64,000 nucleotides of DNA from IMG/VR virus record IMGVR_UViG_3300035660_000002, positions 32,001 to 96,000 of that record. One strand, given 5' to 3'. Positions 1-9,440 of the stretch are shown one piece after another (the first letter of the stretch is position 1; the number at the start of each line of letters is the position of its first letter). The stretch comes from a virus. The notes below the pieces were generated by a model. That model did no database searches and had not been told where the DNA came from. It saw only the letters and a program-made list of their open reading frames with translations. Position numbers and translations under genes: made by a program.

Positions 1-2112
1 CTCGTCTATAAACTTCTGCACGTTCTCTTTCGTAACTAACGAACCACATTTCTTACATCGGACGTTTACCTCTACCCCATTAAGATTGTCGATCTCCTGT
101 TGCAGTTTCTTTACCAGATCCTCCTTACCGTATCGCACGCCACTCAACTCCCCTGCCTGACTTTTCAGTTCACTGATCATGTCCGCATACTTCGGGTCCG
201 GCGCCACGACAGGAGATGCTATCTCTTTTTCCAGCCGGCTCTCGTTCTTTATGATCTCTTTCAATTCCGTATTTATCGCCGACGCTTTGCTCGTTAGATC
301 GGTCAGGGCCTTGTTGTGCCCGGCAACCTCCGTACTCTTTGTCATATCCTCTATCGATTCCCGGACAGTATCACGCAGCGATTCTTTATCCTTTATGATG
401 CCATCATACTTTGCCATCTCTTCCTCGGCTGATCCCTGCTTCACTATGGCCGAAAGCCTAGGAGTCAACTCCGATAATCTGTCATGGTAGTTTCTTATGT
501 CCAAGTTCCAATCACTAATCTCTTTCGCAAACGATTCTATGGTGCTGTCCAATCCCTGTATCTTTGAATCCAACACACGAATGTCAGACTCGATAGTTAC
601 CTTCTTGGCTACAATGTCCTCACGTTCTTTCTCAAAAGACTTCTGCTTCTTGTGCGTCTCCTCGTAGAGGTCATCATACGTTTCAAATCCCAAGAGATCT
701 GTTATCATGTTCGTCCTGCTGTCGTCCGTCAGCCCGGTCAACGTCATCAGGTTCTCCTGGCTGAAGTAGCACGCTGCCTTGAACACGGCCTCATTGAACC
801 CGAGGATCCTTTCTAACAGTGCCTGCTTGTCATCCTCTCGCAAGCCCTCTGCCAGATCCTCTTTGGTCTTTGTATCTATGATCTCAAGACCCTTCTTGCG
901 CGATCGTATGATCTCATAACTTTTGTCGCCCTTGAGCCGCGTTGTTACGGAGCAGTCCTTACAGTCATCCCGGACCACATCGTTTCCAGTGAGCTCCTTG
1001 GTTGTCTTTCCAAAGAGACACCAGTACACAGCCTCCCCTGTCGCTGTCGACTTGCCCACCCCATTCAGCCCTGCTATGAATGTGACACCATCCTCCAACT
1101 TATACTCCACATGCTCTATGGACAGGAAGTCATCTATCTCTACACTATCGATCCTTCCTGTAAAGAATTCCTTGGCTGCCTGCACCTTGTCCTTGATGAT
1201 GTTCTCTATCGCAAGGAGGTATGTCTCGTCCTTGCCGTTGATCTTGCACCACTCTACAAGTATGTCCTTGAATTGATCGGACTTGATCCTCTGCTCGAAC
1301 ACCGGCGGCTTGTGCACCGCAACCACGTTATCCTCCCGGTAGTTCTCTGACGCGTTGAGCACCCTGTAGTAGTTTCCATCCTGCTTGACCTGATCCTCTG
1401 TCTCTACCGTTAGGAACTCCGGGTACTGCAGCTTGATGAATTCTACCTTCGGTTCCATCTGTGCATCGTACTCTACGATGAACAGTCCTCTGTCGCCCAC
1501 GTCTCCGAACGTATGATGCATCGGAGCACCCAAAACCCAACTGTTGTTTGCCAGCTTCTTCTGTGTGTGATCGTGCCCGAAGAAAACGAGGCCATTGTTC
1601 TTGGCCAGCTTCTTCCAATCCACACCTTTCATCTTATGACCGAAATCAGTGGTGAGTTCTGGCTGCTTGTGCAGAACCACTATATCAAATCCCTTCAGCT
1701 CTTCGTAGTCGACCTTGTCCTGAAACCCTACTATTTTTATCGATGGTGCTTTAATCGCTTCCGGTGGCTTTTCTGCCAACGCACGCAGCATGTTCGCCAC
1801 GTTCTGGTACCATGTAGGAGTTACTGTGTCCTCTAGGTCGTGGTTGCCGTCCGCGAACATGTACGGAGTCCTGTCCTTCTTGAAGTACTCTATCGTCATC
1901 ATCACAACTTCTGTGGGGTGGTCGCCCACAATTTGAACCCAGTCGCCCGCAAATATGGCGAGGTCAATCTTACGCTCTTTGTTGATCGTAGTTATCTGCT
2001 CAAGGATGCTTTTCTGCTCAAGCATCCTGCGCGACATGTTATCCTTGCTGATTCCGAACTGCTCCCAAGTGTGGAGTTGAAGGTCGGCCCATATCAATAC
2101 TCTTTTGATCAT
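1..2112 (-). CDS. Fused Mre11/SbcD (gp47-like) nuclease - Rad50/SbcC (gp46-like) ATPase, 3'-truncated by window edge; absent from ORF track
   Basis: Manual translation from ATG at 2112 is open to position 1 (704 codons). Metallophosphoesterase motifs (WADLQLH, FAGD, DGNHD, FGHDH) are followed in frame by IDSVEIDDFLSI...GLNGVGKST (Walker A), YFSQEN (Q-loop), a coiled coil and a CKKC zinc hook. Confidence 0.88.
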   Translation of the reverse strand, partial: MIKRVLIWADLQLHTWEQFGISKDNMSRRMLEQKSILEQITTINKERKIDLAIFAGDWVQIVGDHPTEVVMMTIEYFKKDRTPYMFADGNHDLEDTVTPTWYQNVANMLRALAEKPPEAIKAPSIKIVGFQDKVDYEELKGFDIVVLHKQPELTTDFGHKMKGVDWKKLAKNNGLVFFGHDHTQKKLANNSWVLGAPMHHTFGDVGDRGLFIVEYDAQMEPKVEFIKLQYPEFLTVETEDQVKQDGNYYRVLNASENYREDNVVAVHKPPVFEQRIKSDQFKDILVEWCKINGKDETYLLAIENIIKDKVQAAKEFFTGRIDSVEIDDFLSIEHVEYKLEDGVTFIAGLNGVGKSTATGEAVYWCLFGKTTKELTGNDVVRDDCKDCSVTTRLKGDKSYEIIRSRKKGLEIIDTKTKEDLAEGLREDDKQALLERILGFNEAVFKAACYFSQENLMTLTGLTDDSRTNMITDLLGFETYDDLYEETHKKQKSFEKEREDIVAKKVTIESDIRVLDSKIQGLDSTIESFAKEISDWNLDIRNYHDRLSELTPRLSAIVKQGSAEEEMAKYDGIIKDKESLRDTVRESIEDMTKSTEVAGHNKALTDLTSKASAINTELKEIIKNESRLEKEIASPVVAPDPKYADMISELKSQAGELSGVRYGKEDLVKKLQQEIDNLNGVEVNVRCKKCGSLVTKENVQKFIDE

Positions 2113-2441
2113 CTGAAATTTCCCTCCACTACGTATATAATCTCTATGCCCCGTTCCTTTGCCCGCGCTATCTCTTTCTTTGTGCCCTTACTCTTTTCCC
2201 ATCCCGGCAGCACTACCATGAGATCAGATACTTCAAGCCATGCCATGCTGTTATTCTGATACTGCTCTACAGTTATTCCCGGCTCAAAGAAGTGGTACTG
2301 GTAATCCAACCATGGACAATATACGGCGTACCTGCCCTTCTTTAGTATCATGGCGCACTGCTTGATGCCGCGCTGTATGTTGTTCAGCACGTCTATTATG
2401 TTTCCTGCACTGTAGGGGCCTGCGACATATATGCGATCCAT
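2109..2441 (-). CDS. DUF4406 / nucleoside deoxyribosyltransferase-like protein
   Basis: IYVAGPYS...LPGWEKSKGTKKEI signature. Confidence 0.75.
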   Translation of the reverse strand: MDRIYVAGPYSAGNIIDVLNNIQRGIKQCAMILKKGRYAVYCPWLDYQYHFFEPGITVEQYQNNSMAWLEVSDLMVVLPGWEKSKGTKKEIARAKERGIEIIYVVEGNFR

Positions 2442-2445
2442 TGCG

Positions 2446-2724
2446 CTATTTCCCTTCAGGGTGTACCTTAACTATATCCATCGTCACTGTCATCTGCCCT
2501 AACTTTTTATCTTCCCTAGACATCGACGAAGATATTTTTATCAGTTTGTACTGCGGTATCTTCAAAAGGTACTCCCGTATCACACCTTCTACCGTCTTTC
2601 GCATCGCCTTCGTACTGCGCTTGTTAATATTCTCATATAAAAAATAACTACTCGCCTTCGATACAAGTTTTTCAAGCTTCCGAAGTTGCTTATCTACCAT
2701 AGTCTTTTTATTTGTACGGATCAT
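2446..2724 (-). CDS. hypothetical protein
   Basis: ORF packed in the operon; start refined to MIRTNKK. Confidence 0.55.
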   Translation of the reverse strand: MIRTNKKTMVDKQLRKLEKLVSKASSYFLYENINKRSTKAMRKTVEGVIREYLLKIPQYKLIKISSSMSREDKKLGQMTVTMDIVKVHPEGK

Positions 2725-2915
2725 AGTACCCCCTCCGGTACAAATGTGAACTGCCCCCACTCAAATTGCCCTTGAAAAAATAGCTTCTGCCCTTCAACTA
2801 TAACCTCAATTCCGTGCACGTAGATGTCATCCTTATCATAATGATAACGGAAGTCCTCAGGGCCTACCGCACTTATGTCTATGATCGTACCTACAAACTT
2901 ATGCTTTTTTTCCAT
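2721..2915 (-). CDS. hypothetical protein
   Basis: Small ORF overlapping its neighbours, operon packing. Confidence 0.5.
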   Translation of the reverse strand: MEKKHKFVGTIIDISAVGPEDFRYHYDKDDIYVHGIEVIVEGQKLFFQGQFEWGQFTFVPEGVL

Positions 2916-3999
2916 CTTTAGCTGCTTTCGCTTCCTGCACTTCCCGTTCTGCCTTCGTGTCAGCCAACAGTTGCAGGAACACTTCCTCTGTCAGCTCGCT
3001 CTCTTTGATCTTCCTCTTGTCGTCTATGTACAGGAACCCCTGAGACTTCATCTTGAGGATGCCATCCTGTATCAGGAGGTCGGCCACGCCACTCATCTTG
3101 TCAACACCCTTGCCCTCGAAGTCGATCCTGATCCGTGCCTTCTTGAACGGCGGCGCTATCCTGTTCTTCTTGGTGAACGCCTGCGTGACGACTCCTGCTA
3201 TGTCATCATCCTTCTCGGCCTTCGTACCGTTCTTGTTGAACTTCTCTTTGACTGCCAGCTCGAGACGCACAGTGGCCATGAACGGCACTGCCTTACCCCC
3301 TGGTGTCGTCTTGGCCTGGTAGTATGCCGTGCTGTGCGCTATGTCCGCTATCTCATGGTTTGTGATCAGGTACAAGATCTCATTCTTCGACACGTAGGGG
3401 AAGTTCATCCGTATCCCTGCCCGGATCTTCTTGGGCTTGGACATGTCCTCCTTATCGAACCCGGCAGCCTTTTCGTGATCGGTCGACAGCATCGCTATGC
3501 TATCTAGCGCCAGCAGTACCTTAACCTCGGGGTCTTTACCGAGTATAAAAGGTATGAGAGGCGTGTACTTCTTCTCATCCACGGGCTTCTTCTTTCTGGT
3601 GTCAGGAAACATGCTTCTGAAGTGCTGCTCAACCGTTTCAGAGTACCTGCGTATGATCCTTGGTATGTCAACACCGATGCTCGCCGCAAACGCCTCCATG
3701 AAGGCATTCTCTGTGTCGTCCAGTATGATTGCTGCCTTGTTGCCGTACTTCTTCTGGAAGTTGGCTATCGCCAAGCTGACGAGGTAGCTTTTCCCGGCCG
3801 AGGTGTCACCGAAAATCTCTACGATCTTTCCTCGCGGGTATCCTTTAAGGTAGTCCCCGGATATGATCTTGTTGAGCGCATAGCTTCCCGTGTCGATCCA
3901 TTCCTGCGGTGTCTGCTCCTTACCCACTATCATGTCCTCGTCATTCGAGAACTCGGCCACCACTGCGCTCAAGAAATCAACCTCTTTGGCTTTACCCAT
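2899..3999 (-). CDS. recA: RecA/UvsX-like recombinase
   Basis: IDTGSYALN, GKIVEIFGDTSAGKS (Walker A), LALDSIA (Walker B), TPGGKAVPFMATVRL, KNRIAPPF. Confidence 0.93.
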   Translation of the reverse strand: MGKAKEVDFLSAVVAEFSNDEDMIVGKEQTPQEWIDTGSYALNKIISGDYLKGYPRGKIVEIFGDTSAGKSYLVSLAIANFQKKYGNKAAIILDDTENAFMEAFAASIGVDIPRIIRRYSETVEQHFRSMFPDTRKKKPVDEKKYTPLIPFILGKDPEVKVLLALDSIAMLSTDHEKAAGFDKEDMSKPKKIRAGIRMNFPYVSKNEILYLITNHEIADIAHSTAYYQAKTTPGGKAVPFMATVRLELAVKEKFNKNGTKAEKDDDIAGVVTQAFTKKNRIAPPFKKARIRIDFEGKGVDKMSGVADLLIQDGILKMKSQGFLYIDDKRKIKESELTEEVFLQLLADTKAEREVQEAKAAKDGKKA

Positions 4000-4017
4000 G
4001 TCGTACCTCCTTATTCA

Positions 4018-4069
4018 ATAAAAACCTACTACGGGGGTGGATGTCTTTCACATCCGCCCCTGTAGTAAG
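4018..4069 (-). terminator. Intrinsic terminator after the SSB gene
   Basis: About 18-bp imperfect hairpin (TACTACGGGGGTGGATGT / ACATCCGCCCCTGTAGTA) followed by GGTTTTTATT on the minus strand. Confidence 0.65.
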
Positions 4070-4076
4070 TTAAGCC

Positions 4077-5024
4077 CTACTGCGAGAGAAACGCCTTCTT
4101 GCACGAATCCCCAGCATTGGCCGGACATGATTTACACCTGTCCGCTTTCATCGAGTATCTCATCCCGAAACATTCCGGTTTCATTCCGTCCTGTGCGGGT
4201 GGCGGCGGTGCTCCCGGTCCCTTGTCAGGTGATGGCTTCTCTGCCTCTTTCGCGGCCAGTGCGGGCGCCTGTACGGGTGCCGGTGCTGCCGGTGCGGCTG
4301 CAACCTTGCCGCCAGTTCCCTGCTCGCCGTACTCGACGTCGCCTTCGAGTATCCTCTTGATCTCGTCGTACGTCTTGACCGCCGGGATCATCGTCTCGAG
4401 TTTCCTTATCTGGTCCTTCCAGTTCGCCGGGAGCTTGCCCTCTATGGACGTCTTGTCCGGGTCCGGCTCCACCGAATAACTGGTCCTCTTAACGTCCCCA
4501 CTGGCCGGAAGCGTTTTTGTGATCGTCATGTTCCTGCCGTCCTCGAGCGCGATAGGATCGCCCCACTTCTCGTTGCACCACTTGAATATCTCGTCGTGGA
4601 TGGTAGGGCCGCATTCCAGCACCTGTATCCCCTTGGCTATCGTCTCGGGGCTTTTGAGGTCGATGATGTTCATAAGGTACCTGCGCCTCATGCCCATGTC
4701 ATTGGCCAGTGCCTGATCCGTAGGATCCCCTGTCTTCCCCAGCGTTGCGACGGCCTCGCATACAGGGCACCTGTTCTTGTGCTCTTTCGTGTTCAGCGTC
4801 CTGGGACATACGATCATGTCTTTCGCGCCTTCCGGGCCTACCCCGAAATGTGAGAAGTACGTGAACGCTATCGTCACGACATCCTCATCCGTGAAGTACT
4901 TCAAGGTGTGCGGCAGCACCCTTACCGTGTTATCCCCTTTTTCGGGCTTCCACCGGTCGATCCCTCCCTTATTCTCCGCCTTCCTTTCATACGCCTCTCT
5001 CATCTTCTTCAGATTGAGACCCAT
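4077..5024 (-). CDS. T4 gp32-like single-stranded DNA-binding protein
   Basis: WKPEKGDNTVRVLP, CPVCE Zn site, RRYLMNIID, DPIALEDGRNMTITK; adjacent to RecA and UvsY. Confidence 0.85.
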   Translation of the reverse strand: MGLNLKKMREAYERKAENKGGIDRWKPEKGDNTVRVLPHTLKYFTDEDVVTIAFTYFSHFGVGPEGAKDMIVCPRTLNTKEHKNRCPVCEAVATLGKTGDPTDQALANDMGMRRRYLMNIIDLKSPETIAKGIQVLECGPTIHDEIFKWCNEKWGDPIALEDGRNMTITKTLPASGDVKRTSYSVEPDPDKTSIEGKLPANWKDQIRKLETMIPAVKTYDEIKRILEGDVEYGEQGTGGKVAAAPAAPAPVQAPALAAKEAEKPSPDKGPGAPPPPAQDGMKPECFGMRYSMKADRCKSCPANAGDSCKKAFLSQ

Positions 5025-5057
5025 CTTACACCTCCCGTTTTTGGTTACTTCTTTCCC

Positions 5058-5582
5058 CTATTCCATCGGACCTTCACGATTGTAATCCCCCGCCCGGCCC
5101 TCTCTGCGGTTTGTAGCACTTATCTGAATGATCATATCTTTCTTGTGCTCGAGCCCTATCAGTATCTTTATCAGCGTGCTCTCTATTTTCAGAGCTTCCC
5201 TAAGCTCCTCCCTCTTTGTGGACATATCCTTAAGGAACGTCTTGTACTTCTCATGTGTCAGCACCATCGCCTTAACAGCTGGTTCAGTAGGAGGTTTGCT
5301 ATCCCCCTTGTGCTCAGTACGCACAATCATATCCAGCTCAGCATAAATGCTGTCCTGCTCCTCTTTCATGTCAGCTATCTTGTTCTGTATTCCTTTTACA
5401 CGATCGGTCGCCTCTACCGCAACCACACCAAACCACGACACTAGCCCTGGCTGTCTTACCATATCGGCCTGCAAGAGATCAACATTGATCCTGACAACCT
5501 CGCTCAGCTTTCCGGCCCACACATGCTCGTTTACTTTGATGTCTACCGCCGCATCTAGCTCTATCAAATCGCCTTTTGCCAT
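5058..5582 (-). CDS. UvsY-like recombination mediator (putative)
   Basis: All-helical protein of UvsY size and pattern (LQADMVRQPGLVSWF...AVKAMV...LEHKKDMI), next to SSB and RecA. Confidence 0.5.
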   Translation of the reverse strand: MAKGDLIELDAAVDIKVNEHVWAGKLSEVVRINVDLLQADMVRQPGLVSWFGVVAVEATDRVKGIQNKIADMKEEQDSIYAELDMIVRTEHKGDSKPPTEPAVKAMVLTHEKYKTFLKDMSTKREELREALKIESTLIKILIGLEHKKDMIIQISATNRREGRAGDYNREGPME

Positions 5583-5603
5583 TACCTGTCACCTCCCCCT
5601 CTC

Positions 5604-5630
5604 ACTATACTAGGAGACAAAAAAAGTCAA
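5604..5630 (-). promoter_or_regulatory. Candidate sigma70-type promoter for the uvsY-ssb operon
   Basis: TTGACT-N15-TATAGT upstream of a GGAGGTG RBS; spacing is shorter than optimal. Confidence 0.4.
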
Positions 5631-6061
5631 TTCGTCCAAACTTTCTTTATCCTTTTCCAAAAGGACAAAGGCTTTGCCAACGGCGGTTTCTCCGGCACGA
5701 GTCCTTTCGGTACTGCCATGCTGTCCTGTACGTCCTTCTTTATCTGCTTCTCCTCCTTGACCTCTTCGACATTCAAGGGTTGCCCAGTCGAAGCAGGAGA
5801 TAGCACCTTAGGAGTAAACGGGGCCGCTACGATATCTTTCTTCTTCGTGTCCTCATAGGACGGATCTCCCGGGAACGTACTGACCTCTCTAACTTTCTTT
5901 TTGGGCCTCGTTCCCTTCTCTACAAACCTCTTCTTCTTTACACAGTCCCCTCTATGCTTATGCAGGTTCACATGACAGTTCAGCTCGCCGCACATCTGCA
6001 GCTTGTCGTCATAGTTATCACACATGTCGCAGGTAATCCTGCCCATAGTTTCTTCCGCCAT
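5627..6061 (-). CDS. hypothetical protein with Cys-rich N-terminus
   Basis: ORF with CDMC...CGELNC...C; start refined to MAEETMG. Confidence 0.55.
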   Translation of the reverse strand: MAEETMGRITCDMCDNYDDKLQMCGELNCHVNLHKHRGDCVKKKRFVEKGTRPKKKVREVSTFPGDPSYEDTKKKDIVAAPFTPKVLSPASTGQPLNVEEVKEEKQIKKDVQDSMAVPKGLVPEKPPLAKPLSFWKRIKKVWTN

Positions 6062-6076
6062 CGATCCGCCCTCCAT

Positions 6077-6772
6077 TTATTTAATCAACCCTTGCATACT
6101 CAACCGAATCCTGTTTGTATAAAATCTTTTCCAGTATTCTCTATTATGATTTGCTCGAGTGTTGCACCAAGTACAAACCGTTGCCAAATTCGTAGGTTTA
6201 TTATTCTTTTTATCATAGTCGCTATGATGAACGTGCAGAACACGACCAATCACTGTAATATGTTCCATCTCTGCCATACCACAACCTAAACATGCGTAGT
6301 TGTCACGTTTCCGTATGCTGTCCTTTATATCACGGAATTCCACCGAGTAGGGTTCAAAGGATGATCCACCTCACCAATTTGGGTGTCTTTCTCCTCTATT
6401 GTATTTACTCTTACAGATCATGCATCTCCGTGCATGCTTATGCTTTGCACCTCCACAATCCGGGCAAATAGTACGCCCCTTCCAATTCCAGTGAGCCTCC
6501 CCGCTCCGTGCACGTTTCTTCGCAATCTCTGGATTGTCGCGTAGTGCTTTTTTTACAGATTTGCTAATCTTCCCCTTGTGGTCATTCGGTAGTATCTTTC
6601 CCTTCAATGCCTTCGAATTAGCTAATCCTATCTTTCTCTTATGCTCTTCTGAGAGAGGTTCCCGTTTTCTCCCAAGGTGCCCTAATCGGCATTTCTCCCG
6701 AAATGCTTTAGACCGTTTCTTCCCTTTCCAATCACTTGGCCCCGAAACAAATCTACCCAGTGCATCTCTCAC
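6077..6772 (-). pseudogene. NUMOD3-HNH homing endonuclease split by an in-frame TGA at 6371-6373
   Basis: ORFs 6371-6772 and 6077-6343 share a frame: ...HPNW*GGSSFEPYSVEFRDIKDSIRKRD...HVHHSDYDK...LATVCTWCN. The paralogues read NW[HR]GG at this position. Confidence 0.8.
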
Positions 6773-9054
6773 AGATTCTCCATCTCCCCCCAGGATTTAC
6801 CAAATTTAAAAGACACCTCCAGCGGACACTTTAACCACGAGAATAGCTCGTCCTTCGGCAACACATCCTTTATCACCATGTTAGTCAGCTCTATCAAATA
6901 TTCCAAAACCTTCCTGTCGTCATCCTGTTCAAACATCGCCATGTCATGCACGGTCAGTACAAACTTCACCGGCAGCTTCGCCTTCTTGATCAGTGCATGA
7001 AGCTTGCTCATCGTGAAGGAGACGCAGTCGTTGGCGCTGCCTTGATTCGGCGCATTGATCCCTTGCCTCAATATGCTTCCCGGGATCTTATCGTATGCTT
7101 TCGCCTGAGGGAACCGACGCACTCGTCCTGTAGGGTACACCACCTGATGTGTCCTGTATATCTCATCTATAACTCTCTTATGCCACAACAGCAACCCACC
7201 GTAGTTCTCAAAGTATACTTTCCTTATACGCTCTGCCTCTCGCAGTTCAATGTCTATTTCAAACTTGTCAAATAGGTACTGCTTCAGACCTTCCGCCTGC
7301 TGCCCGTAGACTTCTCCAAAGTTAACTCCCTTGGCAAGTTGCCTTTGATCCTCAGTTACTTCTGTTATCGGCGTTCCCGTTACAAGCGATGCTGTCTGCT
7401 TATGCACATCCTCCCCGTTTCTGAAAGCCATTAACATCTTAGCATCCGGTGCCATCGATGCGGCCGTTCTTAACTCGAGCTGGCTGAAGTCGAAGGAAGA
7501 AAGCATCTTCCCCTTGTCCGCTACAAACATCTTATGTATCTCTTTGTTACGAGGTATATTCTGCAGGTTTGGATCACTCGAGGAAAGTCTGCCCGCACGC
7601 GAGTTCGCCGGGTCAAACTGCGTTCTTATTCTGCCATCATAGTTCACCATCTTAGGAATCTTATCTATGTATGTTGACAGCAACTTGTTCTGCTTCCTGT
7701 ACTTAACTATGAGGCGCGCCCACTCCTTGCCCTGGTAAGCGTATGTGTTCAACGTCTCCTCATCTACCGAGTACCCTGTCTTTGTTTCCTTGACCGGCTT
7801 TTCCTTCATCGCTCCGAATAGCACTGCCTGCATCTGATCCGGTGACTCAAGATTTATGCCTCTGAATATCTTATATTTTTTAAGCAGTTCCTGCTGCGCC
7901 TCATCCCTTGCCTGCTCCACTTCTTTCTTTACCTTCTTCGCCTGTGCCTGATCTATCTTTATTCCTGTCAGCATCATCTCATTAAGCACCGGTATGACAG
8001 GCATGACTATTTTATTCAATACTTTCTTGAGTGGCGTGCTCATCTGCCCGTCAAATATCTCGCTCAACTTATAGGTAAAATATGAGTCTTCTCCGTTGTA
8101 ATACCCATTCTTTATAGGATCCTTATCCATCGTGAACTGGTATGGCCCAATGTACTCTGCCGCCAGCTCCTTCAGCCCCAGTTCCATCCTATCCTCATTC
8201 AGCAAGAACGCCTTGACCCTTGTATCCGTAAATTTCGCTACCTCAAATCCTCGCGAGTTCAGAAACTTGACATCGAACCAGCTCCTGTGGAAGATGTGCT
8301 CTATCCTGCTGTCTGCCAACACTTCTTTCACAAACCCCGCTGCCTGCTCTGTAAACACCGGATCGTTTGGCTTATCCAGCCATATCGAGTATGCCTTCTT
8401 TCCGTCACCGAACGCTATGTGGGTGATCCTGCCGTTCTTGTTGAATGGATCCAACGTGTTGTTGGTCTCTATATCTGTCGCCACCTGTGTCTTTCTCTTT
8501 ATCCATTCTCGCAGTTTGGTCAGTCCTTCTGTAGTTGTCACCACTATCAATTCCCGGTCATACTTCACGGGGTACAACGCATTATGAACCTTTCTTATCC
8601 CGGTTCTGAACTTCCCCTCATTGCCTGGCTCGTACAACAGTGCTGCCGGATGCAACACATGTGCCACGGGAATCTTCTGCCACATGTCCTCCTCTATGGC
8701 CGATCGCGCCACCGCCCCTGCGCACATGATCATCTTCGGCTGCAACTCCTGTATCAGCTGGAACAGAAATTGTCTTGAGCACGTCTCTATGTCTTTCTTC
8801 TTAGGAGTCTCATTCTTAGGAGGATGGCACAGGCACGTGTTCGTGATAGCCACCTTTGCCATGTCGAATCCTATGTCGCGCATTGTGTTACGTAGCACCT
8901 GCCCGGACTGGCCACAGAAAGGTATGCCTGCGCGCTCCTCCTCATCGCCGGGAGCTTCCCCTATAACAAGAAGGTCTGCGTTCTTGACCTTGATCGGCGG
9001 GACAAGAACGCAGTTGATATATCGACATGTGCTACACAGATGAGTCTTTTCCAT
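6769..9054 (-). CDS. polA: Family A DNA polymerase with N-terminal family-4 uracil-DNA glycosylase and 3'-5' exonuclease domains
   Basis: UDG: CxxC, IGEAPG, GIPFCGQSG, HPAALL. Exonuclease: DIET, FD, YxxxD. Polymerase: DFSQLELR (A), AKGVNFGEVYG (B), VHD (C). Confidence 0.93.
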   Translation of the reverse strand: MEKTHLCSTCRYINCVLVPPIKVKNADLLVIGEAPGDEEERAGIPFCGQSGQVLRNTMRDIGFDMAKVAITNTCLCHPPKNETPKKKDIETCSRQFLFQLIQELQPKMIMCAGAVARSAIEEDMWQKIPVAHVLHPAALLYEPGNEGKFRTGIRKVHNALYPVKYDRELIVVTTTEGLTKLREWIKRKTQVATDIETNNTLDPFNKNGRITHIAFGDGKKAYSIWLDKPNDPVFTEQAAGFVKEVLADSRIEHIFHRSWFDVKFLNSRGFEVAKFTDTRVKAFLLNEDRMELGLKELAAEYIGPYQFTMDKDPIKNGYYNGEDSYFTYKLSEIFDGQMSTPLKKVLNKIVMPVIPVLNEMMLTGIKIDQAQAKKVKKEVEQARDEAQQELLKKYKIFRGINLESPDQMQAVLFGAMKEKPVKETKTGYSVDEETLNTYAYQGKEWARLIVKYRKQNKLLSTYIDKIPKMVNYDGRIRTQFDPANSRAGRLSSSDPNLQNIPRNKEIHKMFVADKGKMLSSFDFSQLELRTAASMAPDAKMLMAFRNGEDVHKQTASLVTGTPITEVTEDQRQLAKGVNFGEVYGQQAEGLKQYLFDKFEIDIELREAERIRKVYFENYGGLLLWHKRVIDEIYRTHQVVYPTGRVRRFPQAKAYDKIPGSILRQGINAPNQGSANDCVSFTMSKLHALIKKAKLPVKFVLTVHDMAMFEQDDDRKVLEYLIELTNMVIKDVLPKDELFSWLKCPLEVSFKFGKSWGEMENL

Positions 9055-9058
9055 TATC

Positions 9059-9409
9059 TTATTTCTTCTCCTTCAGCTCCACTACAACTTTGCCGTCTTT
9101 AACGTAGACATTATCCAAGTAATGTACATCGATCTCGACTCTCTTAGGCGGTCGATATTCATTATTTTTATATTCCCTATTCACTATAGTAATTATAGGA
9201 TCTCCGCCCTCTGCCTCCCACACGTAGTCATAATCCACAGACGGAACTACGAGACTGCTGCTTGTCGTGTTGTCTGTAACCCAACTTGATGCCTCGCTCG
9301 CCTCTTTGCCAAAGTGCGGCGTCTTGTCCTGCTGTGTAACCTCCGCATATGCGAATGCCATCGCACAGCAAAGCACTGCCACAACTATAAAACCTACAAT
9401 GCCTTTCAT
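9059..9409 (-). CDS. Secreted hypothetical protein
   Basis: Signal-peptide-like MKGIVGFIVVAVLCCAMAFAYA. Confidence 0.55.
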   Translation of the reverse strand: MKGIVGFIVVAVLCCAMAFAYAEVTQQDKTPHFGKEASEASSWVTDNTTSSSLVVPSVDYDYVWEAEGGDPIITIVNREYKNNEYRPPKRVEIDVHYLDNVYVKDGKVVVELKEKK

Positions 9410-9440
9410 ACGCACCTCCCGTTGGTTTCCTTTTTCCTGT

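Noticed and set aside
6371-6373. Genome-wide stop-codon reassignment (TGA or TAG)
   Set aside because: TGA, TAG and TAA all terminate well-defined genes, and long core genes are uninterrupted in the standard code; this is a single local lesion.
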